Shown: piece after piece, positions 37,010 to 51,320 of the stretch | How positions within the stretch are numbered: the stretch's first letter is position 1 | Layout: each line of letters starts with the position of its first letter | Assembly (NCBI RefSeq): GCF_006345805.1 | Contig: NC_043011.1 | Coordinates: 54,324,464 to 54,388,463 of the forward strand | Length of the DNA stretch: 64,000 nt | Direction: 5' to 3' | Source of the DNA: Octopus sinensis | Taxonomy: Eukaryota | Translations under genes and position numbers: made by a program | Notes under the pieces: model-generated | The model's database searches: none | Told to the model about the DNA's origin: nothing | What the model saw: the letters and a program-made list of their open reading frames with translations, nothing else

Positions 37010-37315
37010 TACATTATTTACATTAGACAGATATTTGTCTGCATCCTGTTTGTTGTTACCACAACATTTCGGCTAATTTACTCTCCAGCCTTCATCAGGT
37101 GTCCTGGTAGGATTTTGAACCCAACCCTGGGATCTCTTTCCTAAGGTATTTTTTTGCCGATGTTATTATTAGTAGTATTATTATTTATTCAAGGCACTAG
37201 CCTGTGTTCTTAACCATTATGCTATATGTCCACACTGTAATAACAAACGAGATGAGGACACATATCCATCTAATGTAAATAATGTCCAGAATTCCTCGTC
37301 TCAAGACCAAGGTCA
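37010..37315 (-). mobile_element. Second copy of family A' (tRNA head remnant + hammerhead tail + inverted tail piece)
   Basis: Minus strand ...gacac CTGATGA A GGCTG gagagtaaat TAGCC GAAA TG TT GTG...; A box TAGCATAATGG; inverted distal tail at 37240-37312. Confidence 0.7.
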
Positions 37316-37859
37316 TCAGCATAGAGGAGCTCCCATGGGAACCCAGTCTCAAACTCCTCAGTTATGGCCAGGAGGAGTATGTACAGTTGCCCACACAAAT
37401 GTACAAGCATGCCCTAGGCTGTTGAGCACTGTCTACCCTACACATATGTATATACTTCCATCTTCCTCTCAACTACTCTCTTCTGGGTTTTCTGCTGTCA
37501 TCACTCCCTCTCCTAGTAACTGGGTACAAGGCAGGCCCACCTCCTGTATTGATGTTACAATGCAACATGTTGAGTTCCCTCTACAAGGGAATGGCGAGCA
37601 TGGTGAGCTACACTACTTCTCAAGTGTTGGTGGCAAGAAACAATAAGGTTTGTAAAGTGGTTGGTGTTCGGAAGGGCTTCACATCATGGAAATGAAGCCT
37701 AATGGCATGTACAGTGGAGGAAATGGTTCGGACTGGAACAACCCATCTAACCAATGCCAACATGGAAAGTGGGGATATACACATACATACACACACACAC
37801 ACAGCGTTGATGCTGCTGTAATAGCTTAAACAGACTAGAATGCAGAAAACATCTATTTT

Positions 37860-38371
37860 TCTCTATGTAACACACACACACACACACACACACATGCACC
37901 GCACAAATGAATGTATGTGCATGTGTGCATGTGCATATATGTGTATATATATATATGTATGTATATGTGAGTTTACATACATGTGTCTGTATATATGTAT
38001 ATGAGTGTTTGTGTGAGCGTCTGTATGAATATATGTGCATATATACATACATATATATGTATGTATGTTTGTGTGTATATATGTATGTATATCTGCAGGC
38101 ACATATGCTTGCATGTATACACACACACACATATATATATATGTATGTATATTTGTGTGTATATATGTATGTATATCTGTAGGTACATATGCTTGCATGT
38201 ATACACACACACACACACACACACATATATATGTATGTTTGTGTGTGTGTATATATATATATGTATATTTGTAAGTACATATGCTTGCATGTATACACAC
38301 ACACACACATATATATATATGTTTGTGTGTGTGTATATGCATGTATATCTGTAGGTACATATGCTTGCATG

Positions 38372-38427
<56 letters not shown>

Positions 38428-38595
38428 ACATATATATATATATGTTTGTGTGTGTATATATGTATGTATATCTGTAGGTACATATGCTTGCATGTACACA
38501 CACACACACACACACACATATATATGTATGTTTATGTGTGTATATATGTATGCATATCTGTAGGTACATATGCTTGCATGTATACACACACACAC

Positions 38596-38628
<33 letters not shown>

Positions 38629-39010
38629 GTATGTTTATGTGTGTATATATGTATGTATATTTGTAAGTACATATGCTTGCATGTATACACACAAACACAC
38701 ACATATATATCTTTGTATGTATATATGTATGTATATCTGTAGGTACATATGCTTACATGTATACACACACACACACACACACAGACAAACATACACACAG
38801 ACATATATATATGTATGTTTGTGTGTGTATATGTATGTATATCTGTAGGTACATATGCTTGCATGTATACACACACACACACATATGTATGTTTGTGTAT
38901 GTATATGTATGTATATCTGCAGGTACATATGCTTGCATGTACATACACACATATATATATTTGTATGTATATATATATGTATATCTGTAGGTACATATGC
39001 TTGCATGTAT

Positions 39011-39042
<32 letters not shown>

Positions 39043-39166
39043 GTATGTTTGTGTGTGTGTATATATGTATGTATATCTGTAGGCACATATGCTTGCATGT
39101 ATACACACATACATATATATCTTTGTATGTATATATGTATATCTGTAGTTACATATGCTCGCATGT

Positions 39167-39197
<31 letters not shown>

Positions 39198-39205
39198 CAT
39201 ATATC
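37860..39205. repeat. Compound minisatellite (core gtatatctgtaggtacatatgcttgcatgtatacac + variable AC/AT/GT runs)
   Basis: About 18 units; source of many overlapping ORFs in the track. Confidence 0.9.
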
Positions 39206-39879
39206 CCCACAACCTCCCTTCTTCGCCCTGTCATTGAGCTGCTCTCCATGTTTCCATGATTAAATTTATTGAAGTTATACTCAATTATATTTGCCTGTGA
39301 ATGTGTCTCAATGGTCCACTCCGTCTAAGCATATCTCACCATCACACCACTTCTTCAAAATAAAACGTTACGTTACAACAACAACAACAGCAACAAGAAC
39401 AACAGCAGCAGCAGCAACAACAATAATAATGATGTCGTTATTGTTGTTGTAACATTTTATTTCGCGATATTGACAAAAGATGTGTTTTTCTGCTCAGCAT
39501 CAACATATCTACATCAGTGACAACATTAAAGAGCAGTGCGTGTGTGTGTACGTATGTGTATGTATGTGTGTGTGTGTATGAGGGGGTGGGGTAGAACACA
39601 GAAGGACAAAGATAAATTATTGTTGTTGTCATTTGTACATTTTATTTCTAATTATTAAATTGTTTTCAATTTCTTTCCCCTCGTCATCAACATCGACAGC
39701 ACCAGTGCCACCACCACCACCATCATTGTCCTCGTCTCCATGTTCATCACCATCGCTACCACCGCACTCATCTCCACCACTACCACCGTTACCACCGCCA
39801 CTACCATCATCATCACACCAACCCTCATCCTCCTTTCATTCACCATCACTTCTTTTTTTATATTCTCCCTTACATTCTT

Positions 39880-40330
39880 TTTTCACATTTTTATTATCTT
39901 CCTCATCCTCCTCCCCTCCTCTTCCTCCTCATCCTCTTCTTCCTCATCCTCCTCCCCTCCTCTTCCTCCTCATCCTCTTCTTCCTCATCCTCTTCTTCCT
40001 CATCCTCTTCTTCCTCATCCTCATCCTTCTCTTCCTCCTCCTTATCCTCTTCTCTTCCTCCTCCTCATCCTCTTCTTCCTCATCCTCATCCTTCTCTTCC
40101 TCCTCCATCCTCTTCTCTTCCTCCTCCTCATCCTCTCCTCCCTCCCCCCATCCTCTTCTCTTCCTCCTCCTTATCCTCTTCTCTTCCTCCTCATCTTTCT
40201 ACTTTTCCTCTTTGCGTTCATTCCTCTTCTGTCTCAACAATTTCTCTCCTTTTCTCTCTCCCTCTCTCTCTCTCTCTCTCACACTCTCCTCCTCCTATCT
40301 TCCTTCCTCTCTCTCTCTTCCCCCCTGCTC
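39880..40330. repeat. (TCC/TCT)n polypyrimidine tract
   Basis: Direct reading. Confidence 0.9.
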
Positions 40331-42555
40331 TTATACTTAAAACTGAACTTCTACCATGGCCAAATAATGTTGTTGTTGTTGCTGTCGCCGCCGCCGTCCA
40401 TTCGACGATGTGTTTAGTAATTAACATTTAGTGAGATATCTCTGTTTAACCCGACACAGTGGGTGATAATGCGACTTAGTGGAGGGCAGGCAGGGGGTTT
40501 CGGAACACGGGGACTGCTGCTGCCCCTAATGTTAAGGGAAATGTCTAAACAACAGCAACACCAACTAAAACACCAACAACAATGATGACGACGGCAACAA
40601 TGACGAGAGATAAATTTAAACGATAATGAAATAAGATGCAATAAAAGTAATTGCGAAAGGAAGTTAGGAATAAAGAATTGAAATATTTGAAGAGTGGAAG
40701 AAAGAGTCTAAGAATTAAATGAAATTGGATATTTGTAGAGAATTTGATGTTTAAAATAAATTTATTTGTTGAATTATATATAAAATATAATGACAATAAT
40801 AATAATAATAATGATAACAAGAACTGCAGCAGCAACAACAACAATAATGGCAAGCAGATTCAGTGTCTGAGAACAATGGCAATAGTTACAGCATCTCTTA
40901 AATCTTGGAATTTTCTTCTCTTCTGGTTCCACACATACACGTATTTGAACCTTCACACATTCACACACATACATGCACATTCAAATATACATAAACGTAC
41001 GCTGACAAGCACATAGAGATACAAACATACAATCATGTATACACACACATAAATATGCTCATGTACACACACACACACACACACACAGAGAAATATGCTC
41101 ACACAAAAACACATATTTGAACACTCACACTTTCACACACATGCACATTCAAACATACATGAACACACACACATACACACACAAACATTCAATCATGTAC
41201 ACACACACACACATACACACCAGAAATATGCTTATGAAAACACACACACACACACATACATTTGAACACTCACATTCATACACACACAGATGCACATTCC
41301 AACATGCATGAACATACACAAAGAAACACATTCAATCATGTACACCCCCACACACACGTACATTCAAACATACACACACACACAAATAATGTAATCTTTC
41401 TTTTACAATTATTTAAACACTTCCAATAAAGGAGGAGCAAGTCTCTAACAGACCCCACCCCTGCCCACCCACCCACCCATCACTTCAGTTTGGATACCAA
41501 ACAACAGTTGGGGATGTTACATGTTGAACTTCAGAAAAGTTTTGCATATTTTTACTATTCCTCTTACAGATTCATCATCATCATCATTTACCGTCTGCTT
41601 CCCATGCTGGCATGGGTTGGATATTGTATCGTTAAAATGCAAAAACACCTTAACCCTTTTTTGCTCTAGCAAAATTAAAGAAAAAAAAATGGTAATATTG
41701 CACATAGATGACAATTTTTTGGTGTTTAGGTGGTAGCGTAGTATTAAAAAAAAGGACCCTTTTTGGTCATGAATGACCATGGGATTGCACCTAGAAAGTT
41801 ACCCTCTAAGGCACAAGTTCAGATATGGTTGTAAGTGGAAGACCAGCAGTCGCTCATGCATGCCAGCCTCTCCTCTCCATGCCACCTTGCTATCCAAGGG
41901 AAAGGCAAAGGGGCCGATACAGCTTGGCACCAGTGATGTCGCAACTCATTTCCACAGCGGAGTGAACTAGAGCAATGTGGAATAAAGTGTCTTGTTCAAG
42001 AACGTAACACACAGCCCAGTCCGGGAATCGAACTCACAACCTCATGATTGTGAGCTTGACACTCTAACCACTGAGCCATGTGCCTCATAGTATCAGATAT
42101 ATGTAATGTTTAGGAAGTAGCGGAGTGTAGCTTAGAGTAGTTGAGATTTTGCAGGCGGTATGGAGTGGTATTTTAGCTGTTGGTGTAGTTGGCAGAGTGT
42201 GGTAGTATGGTATGTTGAATAAGCAGTGGTATGGTGGTAGTGTAAAGGTGGCAGAATCGTTAGCACCCCGGGCGAAATGCAGAGCCGTATTTCGTCTGCC
42301 GTTACGTTCTGAGTTCAAATCCGCCAAGGTCGACTTTGCCTTTCATCCTTTCGGGGTCGATAAATTAAGTACCTGTTACGGACTGGGGTCGATGTAATCA
42401 ACTTAATCCGTTTGTCTGTCCTTGTTTGTCTCCTCTGTGTTTAGCCCCTTGTGGGTAGTAAAGAAATAGGTAGTGTAAAGGTGGTGGTGTAGAAGTTAGG
42501 TTGTAGTGTGGTAGCTGTCAGTCAGTAACAAATCAATAATGAAACCGATTCTTAC

Positions 42556-42608
42556 CAATTATTGATATTCCATCGAGTTCGTAAAAATCCTTTTCGGGAC
42601 CATTTAAA
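42556..42608 (-). CDS. INPP5A: INPP5A-like exon FKWSRKGFLRTRWNINN(C)
   Basis: cattgtttcag| ... |gtaaga; 53 nt, phase 0/2; KWSRKGFxRTRW motif. Confidence 0.97.
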
Positions 42609-43054
42609 CTGAAACAATGAAAAAACAGAGAGTAAGGTGGTGGTAGTGGTGGTGGTGGTGGTGATTTAGTGGTGGTTTAATCCTGTTTAGATAAATCATG
42701 TCAAATAAGTAAATATGTAACAGTTTCCATAGCGATATGGTTGTCTACTTGCACACACTTCTTTAGCATCCGTAACGGATATTGCGCAAAAGTGGATCTT
42801 CTCTGGTAGAGTGCCTAGGGGTGGTCACTTTAGGATACCAGACTGAACCATGTCATATCAAAACCCACAGAGAGGTTGAAGACAATGTTGGATTGCAAGA
42901 GAGCTCCAAATATCTTGGTAAAAACTGACCCTAATACATGACTGGTACTGGTGCACAGTCTAGTGAGAGCATAAAAGATAAAATCCCAATATTTTTTTTT
43001 TCGGAGATGTACTCGCATAGTAAGTGATTTGATCTGAGATCGTGTGCTGGAACG

Positions 43055-43233
43055 AAAACAATTGCAGCATGGAAGGTGTTTGTAAGCCATTTAAGAAACA
43101 CACAAAAGCCGTTCGATTCACTTCGACATTTAAGTTTAATTTGACAAATTACACTTAAATGTTGAAGTGAATCTAACGGCTTTTGTGTGTTTCTTAAATG
43201 GCTTATAAACACCTTCCACGCTGCAATTGTTTT
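43055..43233. repeat. 179-bp near-perfect palindrome
   Basis: Arms 43055-43135 / 43153-43233 plus inner taatttg-a-caaatta; about 5 mismatches. Confidence 0.95.
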
Positions 43234-43786
43234 TTCCTTTTTAGCCAAAGTGAAATAGTTTCACCCTTTAGTGTTTAAACAAAACCACAATCCAACCCAA
43301 ATATTTTAACCTAGTTTATGCTCAAACTAGCCAGATCTTTCCTTTCACACCTACCCTACAATTTCATTTTAGAAATAAGAAATCTTATTGAAATCTCAAA
43401 ACTATGAATCCAATCAATGAATAATTAAAAACGATGAGAATAAACCAACTTTACATTTTTACAGAGTAATCTGAGCATTAACCCATTAGCATTCAAACTG
43501 GCCATATCTGGCCAAAATATTTAACCTGTTTTATATTGAAACTGACCAGATCTCGCCTCTCACCCCAGCCCTACCATGTCATTCTAAAACTAAAAAATCA
43601 CATCACTGAAATCTCTAAACTACAAGATAATGCAGGATTAATTCAAACCATTTTAAATAAACAAACATCACATTTGACAGAATAATCTGAACACTAAAGG
43701 GTTAAAGGATTAAACTCTATAACTATTAAATAGACTTTCCCCTCAGAAGAATGACCAGTAGTGGTGGTGATATTAAAACTACTTAC

Positions 43787-43858
43787 ATCGGGGTAGAATC
43801 TCTGTGGGAACTTGGCTTTTTCTTTGACGGTGACATTCTCAATATTACCAGACTGGAC
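43787..43858 (-). CDS. INPP5A: INPP5A-like exon VQSGNIENVTVKEKAKFPQRFYPD (most 5' exon found)
   Basis: tttgctgtcttag| ... |gtaagt; 72 nt, phase 0/0; matches human EKEKFPQDYFPE. Confidence 0.92.
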
Positions 43859-44019
43859 CTAAGACAGCAAAAGAAACAGCATTAGTCAGGTAAGATAATT
43901 AATAAAGCAATCATCAATATATATATAATATACAAATGTAACATCATCATAATGGTCAGTTACATAATACCATTGTCATCATCATCATCATCATCAGGTA
44001 CATAGATAATTCTTTCTTA

Positions 44020-44560
44020 TGAGGATCAGCTGAAAAGTTCATAGGCTGACCAAGATTCTCTAATGGAATGTGACAAAATGAGGTTTATTTTTACACATGG
44101 TCCCCCTTGCAACCCCCACACTTCTTCCGTTGGTGTTTCTGAGCTCGGATCCCATTGATGAAGAATGCTTTCATTCCGTTGGTCACAAAAGTCATTAACA
44201 GTAGATAATGACATCATCATTGCTGCAATATTGGTTCCCAGCCTCAAATTCCGCCGAGGTCGACTTTGCCTTTCGTCCTTTCGGGGTCGATAAATTAAGT
44301 ACCCATTGCGTTCTGGAATCCATCTAATCGACTTGCCCCTTCCTCCAAAGTTTCGGGCCTTGTGCCTAGAGCAGGAAAAAACAAAATACTGGTTCCCAGC
44401 CAAGTGGTTTTTGATGATGGGGAACAGATGATAGTCAGATGGGGCCAAATCAGGAGAATAGGGACAGTGGTCAACCAGTTCAAAACCACAGTCACACCAC
44501 AGCAACCATTGAAACTAAAGATCTGTCTGTGTACTGGAATATTGTCCTGATGAGACAAGA
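44020..44560 (-). mobile_element. Mariner transposase 3' remnant interrupted by a SINE D (about 44243-44400)
   Basis: GFELVDHCPYSPDLAPSDYHLFPIIKNHLAG (YSPDLAPxD motif); TIR-like end ta|tgaggatcagctgaaaagttc. Confidence 0.85.
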
Positions 44561-44971
44561 CCATCGGATAGGCAGGTGGCAGGTGGGGTGGGGGAGATGA
44601 GAGTAGTGTTGATAAAAAAAAGTTGGGTTGATGATATATCCCCCCCACCCCGCCAATAATTCTGGATAATTTAGTCAGAGAAAAAACAACACTATTACTA
44701 CAACAGACCATGGTGATGATGATGATGCTGATAATGATGCTGATATAAAGTGAGGAGAAACAATGTCATCAGGTCAGCAGACATTGGAGATTCAAGTGAA
44801 ACAAGGAAGGTGTGTCAAATATATGTATATACATATGTATGTGTGTGTGTATATATATATATGTATGTGTGTGTGTGTGTGTATGTATATATATATGTGT
44901 GTGTATGTGTATGTATATATGTGTGTGTGTGTGTGTGTATGTATATATATATATACATACGTGTGTGTATG

Positions 44972-45002
<31 letters not shown>

Positions 45003-45363
45003 GTATATGTGTGTATGTATATATATGTGTGTGTGTAAGTAAGTATGTATGCATGTGTGTGTGGGTAACTATGTATGTTTGTATATACATGTGTGTGTAA
45101 TGTATGTATATATGTGTGTGTATGTAAGTATCTATATATGTATATGTGTGTATAGGTAAGTATGTATGTAGGTAACTTTGTATATACATGTGTGTGTAGA
45201 TAAGTATGTGTGTATATATAATGTGTGTAGGTAAGTATGTGTGTGTGTGTGTAACCCTTCCTCTTCCTTACTCTCTCACTATCACCATAATTTTTCTTTA
45301 ATTTGGTTTGTTTTTGAGACAATGATAACCATCACCGCCTCCATCACCATCACAACCACCACC

Positions 45364-45397
<34 letters not shown>

Positions 45398-45899
45398 CCA
45401 CTACAACCATCGCAACCATTCATTTGTTTGTTTTTTTTGTATATTTTGTTCTCTCTAAGGTGGGAAGTAATAATTCTGTTTTATTTGTGGTTATTAAGTT
45501 ATTTAGATAACGAGGCCTAATTAGAGGGGAGGGACAGGTGAGTGGAGTGGAGTGGAGTGGAGTGTGGCGTGTGTGTGAGTGGAGTGTAGCCCTCCCAGGC
45601 CATCAAACAGGAGAGAGTGGGAGTAGGAGGAAGAGCATGAGTGATGTGTGTATGTATGTATGTATATGTGTGTGTGTGTTTGTGCAAGTGTGAGTGTGTG
45701 TTTGCACATGTGTGTGAGTGTTTGTATGTGTGTATCTAATTGGTGAAAAGCCATTCACTACCCCCCCCCCCCCCACAAAATTTTACAGAGGAGGGATAAA
45801 GAGAGAGAGAGAGGGAGATGGACAAATTAACTCTGATCGTCTGTGGTGGTCATGGCCGGTGGTCAGTCGTGTAGTGCTAGCACAGTGGTGATGTAAGTG

Positions 45900-48780
45900 G
45901 AACAACTGTGGTAGCAGTGGTGGTAGTAGTAGCATAGAGCAGTTGTGGTGGTAGAGTGAAGTGATGGTTGCAGTGGTGGTGATGGTTGCAGTGGTATAGG
46001 GTAGTGTAGTAGAGATGGTAGTAGTGGAGGTGGAACAGTATAGTGGTGTTGGCACAGTGTGATGATGAAAGAGGATAGTGGTATAGGTACAGTGTGGTGG
46101 TGGTGATGTAGTGTAATGGCAGTGGTATAGAGCAGCAGAAAGGATAGTGATGATATAGGGTGGTGGAGATGGTGTAGGGCACTGGTGATGGAATAGGATG
46201 ATGGTGGTGGTGGTGGTGATGGTGATGGAATAGGATGATGGTGGTGGTGGTGATGGTGGTGGAATAGGGTGATGGTGGTGGTGGTGGTGATGGTGGTGGA
46301 ATAGGGTGATGGTGGTGGAATAGGGTGGTGGTGGTGGTGGTGGAATAGGGTGATGGTGGTGGTGGTGGTGATGGTGATGGAATAGGATGATGGTGGTGGA
46401 ATAGGGTGGTGGTGGTGGTGATGGTGGTGGTGGTGGTGGTGGTGATGGTGGTGGAATAGGGTGATGGTGGTGGTGGTGGTGATGGTGGTGGAATAGGGTG
46501 GTGGTGGTGGTGGTGGTGGGGGGTGGAATAGGTGATGGTGGTGGTGATGGTGGTGGTGGTGGTGATGGTGGTGGAATAGGATGATGGTGGTGGTGGTGGT
46601 GGTGATGGTGGTGGAATAGGGTGGTGGTGGTGGAATAGGGTGTGGTGATGGAATAGGTGGTGTGGGTGGTGATGGTGGTGGAATAGGGTGGTGGTGTGGT
46701 GGTGTGGTGATGGAATAGGATGATGGTGGTGATGGTGGGTGATGGTGTGGATAGGGTGGTGGTGGTGGTGGTGGTGGGTGGTGATGGTGGTGGAAAGGGT
46801 GATGGTGGTGGTGATGGTGTGGAATAGGGTGTGGTGGTGGTGGTGGTGGTGGTGATGGTGGTGGAATAGGGTGGTGATAGTGGTGGTGGTGGTGGTGGTG
46901 ATGGAATAGGATGATAGTGGTGGTGGTGGTGGTGGTGATGGAATAGGATGATGGTGGTGGTGGTGGTGATGGTGGTGGAATAGGGTGGTGGTGGTGGTGA
47001 TGGTGGTGGAATAGGGTGATGGTGGTGGTGATGGTGGTGGAATAGGGTGATGGTGGTGGTGGAATAGGGTGATGGTGGTGGAATAGGGTGGTGGTGATGG
47101 TGGTGGAATAGGGTGATGGTGGTGGTGGTGGTGATGGTGGTGGAATAGGGTGGTGGTGGTGGTGGTGGTGATGGTGGTGGAATAGGGTGGTGGTGGTGGT
47201 GATGGTGGTGATGGTGGTGGAATAGGGTGGTGGTGGTGGTGATGGTGGTGGAATAGGATGATGGTGGTGGTGGTGGTGATGGTGGTGGAATAGGGTGGTG
47301 GTGGTGGTGATGGTGATGGAATAGGATGATGGTGGTGGTGGTGGTGATGGTGGTGGAATAGGGTGGTGGTGGTGGTGATGGTGATGGAATAGGATGATGG
47401 TGGTGGTGGTGGTGATGGTGGTGGAATAGGGTGGTGGTGGTGGTGATGGTGATGGAATAGGATGATGGTGGTGGTGGTGGTGATGGTGGTGGAATAGGGT
47501 GGGTGGTGGTGGTGATGGTGATGGAATAGGGATGGTGGTGGTGGTGGTGATGGTGGTGGAATAGGGTGGTGGTGGTGGTGATGGTGATGGAATAGGATGA
47601 TGGTGGTGGTGGTGGTGATGGTGGTGGAATAGGGTGGTGGTGGTGGTGATGGTGATGGAATAGGATGATGGTGGTGGTGGTGGTGATGGTGGTGGAATAG
47701 GGTGGTGGTGGTGGTGATGGAATAGGATGATGGTGGTGGTGATGGTGGTGGAATAGGGTGGTGGTGGTGGTGATGGTGGTGGAATAGGATGATGGTGGTG
47801 GTGGTGGTGATGGTGGTGGAATAGGGTGGTGGTGATGGTGGTGGAATAGGATGATGGTGGTGGTGGTGATGATGGTGGTGGAAAAGGGTGATGGTGGTGG
47901 TGATGGTGGTGGTGATGGTGATGGAATAGGGTGGTGGTGGTGGTGATGGTGGTGGAATAGGGTGGTGGTGGTGGTGATGGTGATGGAATAGGATGATGGT
48001 GGTGATGGTGGTGATGGTGGTGGAATAGGGTGGTGGTGGTGGTGATGGTGGTGGAATAGGGTGGTGGTGGTGGTGATGGTGGTGGAATAGGGTGGTGATG
48101 GTGGTGATGGTGGTGGAATAGGGTGGTGGTGGTGGTGATGGTGGTGGAATAGGGTGGTGGTGGTGGTGATGGTGGTGGAATAGGGTGATAGTGGTGGTGG
48201 TGGTGATGGTGATGGAATAGGATGATGGTGGTGATGGTGGTGATGGTGGTGGAATAGGGTGGAGGTGGTGGTGATGGTGGTGGAATAGGATGATGGTGGT
48301 GGTGGTGGTGATGGTGGTGGAATAGGGTGGTGGTGGTGGTGGTGATGGTGATGGAATAGGATGATGGTGGTGGTGGTGGTGATGGTGGTGGAATAGGGTG
48401 GTGGTGGTGGTGATGGTGGTGGAATAGGGTGATGGTGGTATAGGATACTAGTGATGGTGGTGGTATAATAGGGTACTGGTAGTGGTGGTGGAATAAGGTA
48501 CTTGTGATGATGGTGGCGGTAATGGAATAGGGAACTAGTGATGATGGTGGAATTTGGTGGTGGTGGTAGTATAAGGTACTAGTGATGATGGTGGTGGTGG
48601 TGGTGATGGTAGTGTAGGGCAGTGGAATAGTATAGTGGTGGTACAGGGTACTGACGATGGTGGTGGTGGTGGTGGTGAAACAGTGTGGTGATGGTACAGT
48701 ATAGTGTAGATGTAGTGTAATAGCAGTGGTATAAGTAATTGTGGTGGGGACAGAGTTGATGTTGTAGTACAATAGTAGCA
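45900..48780. repeat. Large (GGT/GAT)n satellite punctuated by GGAATAGG(G/A)T
   Basis: About 2.6 kb core at 46180-48430; source of the 973-aa pseudo-ORF. Confidence 0.95.
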
Positions 48781-49108
48781 TCAAAGTATTGGTGGTAGTG
48801 GCGGCAGTGTAGGTGTGGTGTTGGCGTAGGGGATTTCAGGGAGGGAACAGGGAGCAGGGGATGGCACAGAAAATGAGACACCCTCTGCCAGCCACATCTA
48901 AGGGTACCACTTCCTACTCCCCACCCCTGCCATTGTAGCTGTGGTGGGGGGGAGTGCCGAGTGGCTCCTTGGGGACATTCTGTGTAAAACAGATAAAAAT
49001 GGTGACCCTAAACAAGCTTTGATGCTACAACAACCAGGAATATTTCTGTCTCTCAACATTATTTTTGGCTTTTGAGATGTTTTTTTTTGGTCTTTTGTTG
49101 CTGGGCAT

Positions 49109-49142
<34 letters not shown>

Positions 49143-49171
49143 CAGTATATAGAAATACACATACACACCAC

Positions 49172-49218
<47 letters not shown>

Positions 49219-50197
49219 ACAGTGACAAAGACAGAAAGAAACCCCGTCTCTTTGTGGTCTATATTCAAAATATGTATGCTTATATATATATATTATATAT
49301 ATATATTATTGTTATTCTTATCATCATCATCATTATTATGAGACACACACACACATTCATATTCATTTAATAGCACACACTCACAAATGTACATTACATA
49401 TGTATGTGGCTTATGAATATCTATAAATGAATATATATATATAAAATACATATATATATACATCATACATACATACATGCATATATATATCATATATATA
49501 TATCATATATAACATACATACATACATACAATACATATATATATATATATATAACATACATATATATATCATACATATATATCATATATACATAAATATA
49601 TATATATATCATACATACATATATATGCAAATATATTTGTACATATATATATTATATATATACATACACATATATGCAAATATATTTGTATATATAAATG
49701 CATATATCATATATCACATGATATACATTTGTAATCATGTGTGTATGTGAGAATGGCTACATATATGCAAAAACACACACACACACACACACACGTACGC
49801 GTGCGCTCATAAAGATACACACAAAAGCGTTTCTGTGTGTGTGTCGATGTATATATATGTGTGTGTGTGTGTGTAGGTGTTTATATATGCAGCTCAAGTG
49901 AACTATAAAAGCTATAATACCTATCATTATAGAGTAGGGGTCATTAAGATAATGAAGCAGTCGGTATTCACCATAAAGGGACAGTGACAACGTAGGATGT
50001 TGGCTCTAATTACATACTGTCTGCGATGGGGTCTGTTGTAGCACTGATGTTTTTTTTTCTTTTTTGTAGGGGTTTTTTGTCAGTTTTGGGTGGAGGAGGG
50101 GTACATCAGACAGTTGTGTGTGTATGTGTTTTCTCATGCATATATAAGCATATACACTGACATATAGATACATTATATATATATGTGTATATATGTA

Positions 50198-50241
<44 letters not shown>

Positions 50242-50581
50242 AAACGCACATAAACTGTATAGTGTGTACATGCATGCATGACAGCACATATATAAATAAT
50301 ATACAAATAGGAGCTAATGAGGGGGTCTCTATGTGGTCATTCAACCTGCAAAAATAGCAGGCAAATTCCCTGAAATCACATAAAAAAATAACAAAAAATC
50401 GGAAAAAAAAAATGCCAGGATGATCATAGGTGGAACATATTTGATCACGTATTTACTTTGTCAGGGCAGACCTGTGGCTAAACAACAACATATATACACA
50501 CATGTACACATAAATATACATGCATTAACATACATTTATTATACACACTCAGAATGATACAGTCAATTCTCTCTATATAAC

Positions 50582-50619
<38 letters not shown>

Positions 50620-50904
50620 CCATTGCTAATGTGAATATACAGAGAAATACAATGATATATATGCTATATGCATGTGTGTATGCATGTCTGTGTGTATATG
50701 CATGTACGAGTACATATATATGTGAGTGCATATGTATATATATGAATGTTTACATATATATGTATATACAGATGTGTGTATGCCTATATACCACTTCTGC
50801 GTGTGTGTGTGTATATGTGTGTGTATATGTGCATGTATGTATGTGTGTGTGTATATATATATATATATCTGTTTGTGTATATGCATGTGTACGTGTGTGT
50901 GCGC

Positions 50905-50961
<57 letters not shown>

Positions 50962-51320
50962 ATATGTGTGTGTATATGATTGTATTATATCCAGATGCTG
51001 AACCAAGCAAAGATGGTGAGGCAGTGAATGATTCTACCATGGAACCATGGAGTGTTTGTTGTTGGACCCCAATGAGGCCCCTTTTTACTCTGAGTACCAC
51101 CCAATGTGATCTGCTACAAGATTCCGAAAATCACAGAGATCTCCTGTGGACAGTCAATGGCCCTCGACTGCCTTGTCCATTTCCAGTGCCAATAGTTGGA
51201 ACAGTGTTAAGCCCTAGCTCTGAGCTTCTATGGGCAAAGACCTTCCAGCTGTGATAGCCATTATTTATTGGTTCCTATAATTTCTAAAATAACAACATGC
51301 AGAAGAGATCAGCTTTTTAA

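Noticed and set aside
26585-39263. Many overlapping Cys/Val/Tyr/Ile/His/Thr-rich ORFs (also 14688-15340, 44750-45322, 50583-52401, 56988-57479, 60609-61009)
   Set aside because: Translations of (AT)n, (GT)n and (AC)n compound microsatellites.
39633-40417. Ser/Pro/Leu-rich 225-235 aa ORFs
   Set aside because: Translation of (ACC)n and (TCC)n tracts.
45863-48784. 973-aa His/Pro/Thr-rich ORF resembling an extensin or His-rich protein
   Set aside because: It is the translation of an (ACC)n satellite that lacks stops in that frame; intronic, with no splice or codon evidence.
50990-51255. 100-aa ORF PDAEPSKDG..KTFQL
   Set aside because: No family motif recognised and no splice context; probably a degenerate retroelement fragment read in a non-coding frame.
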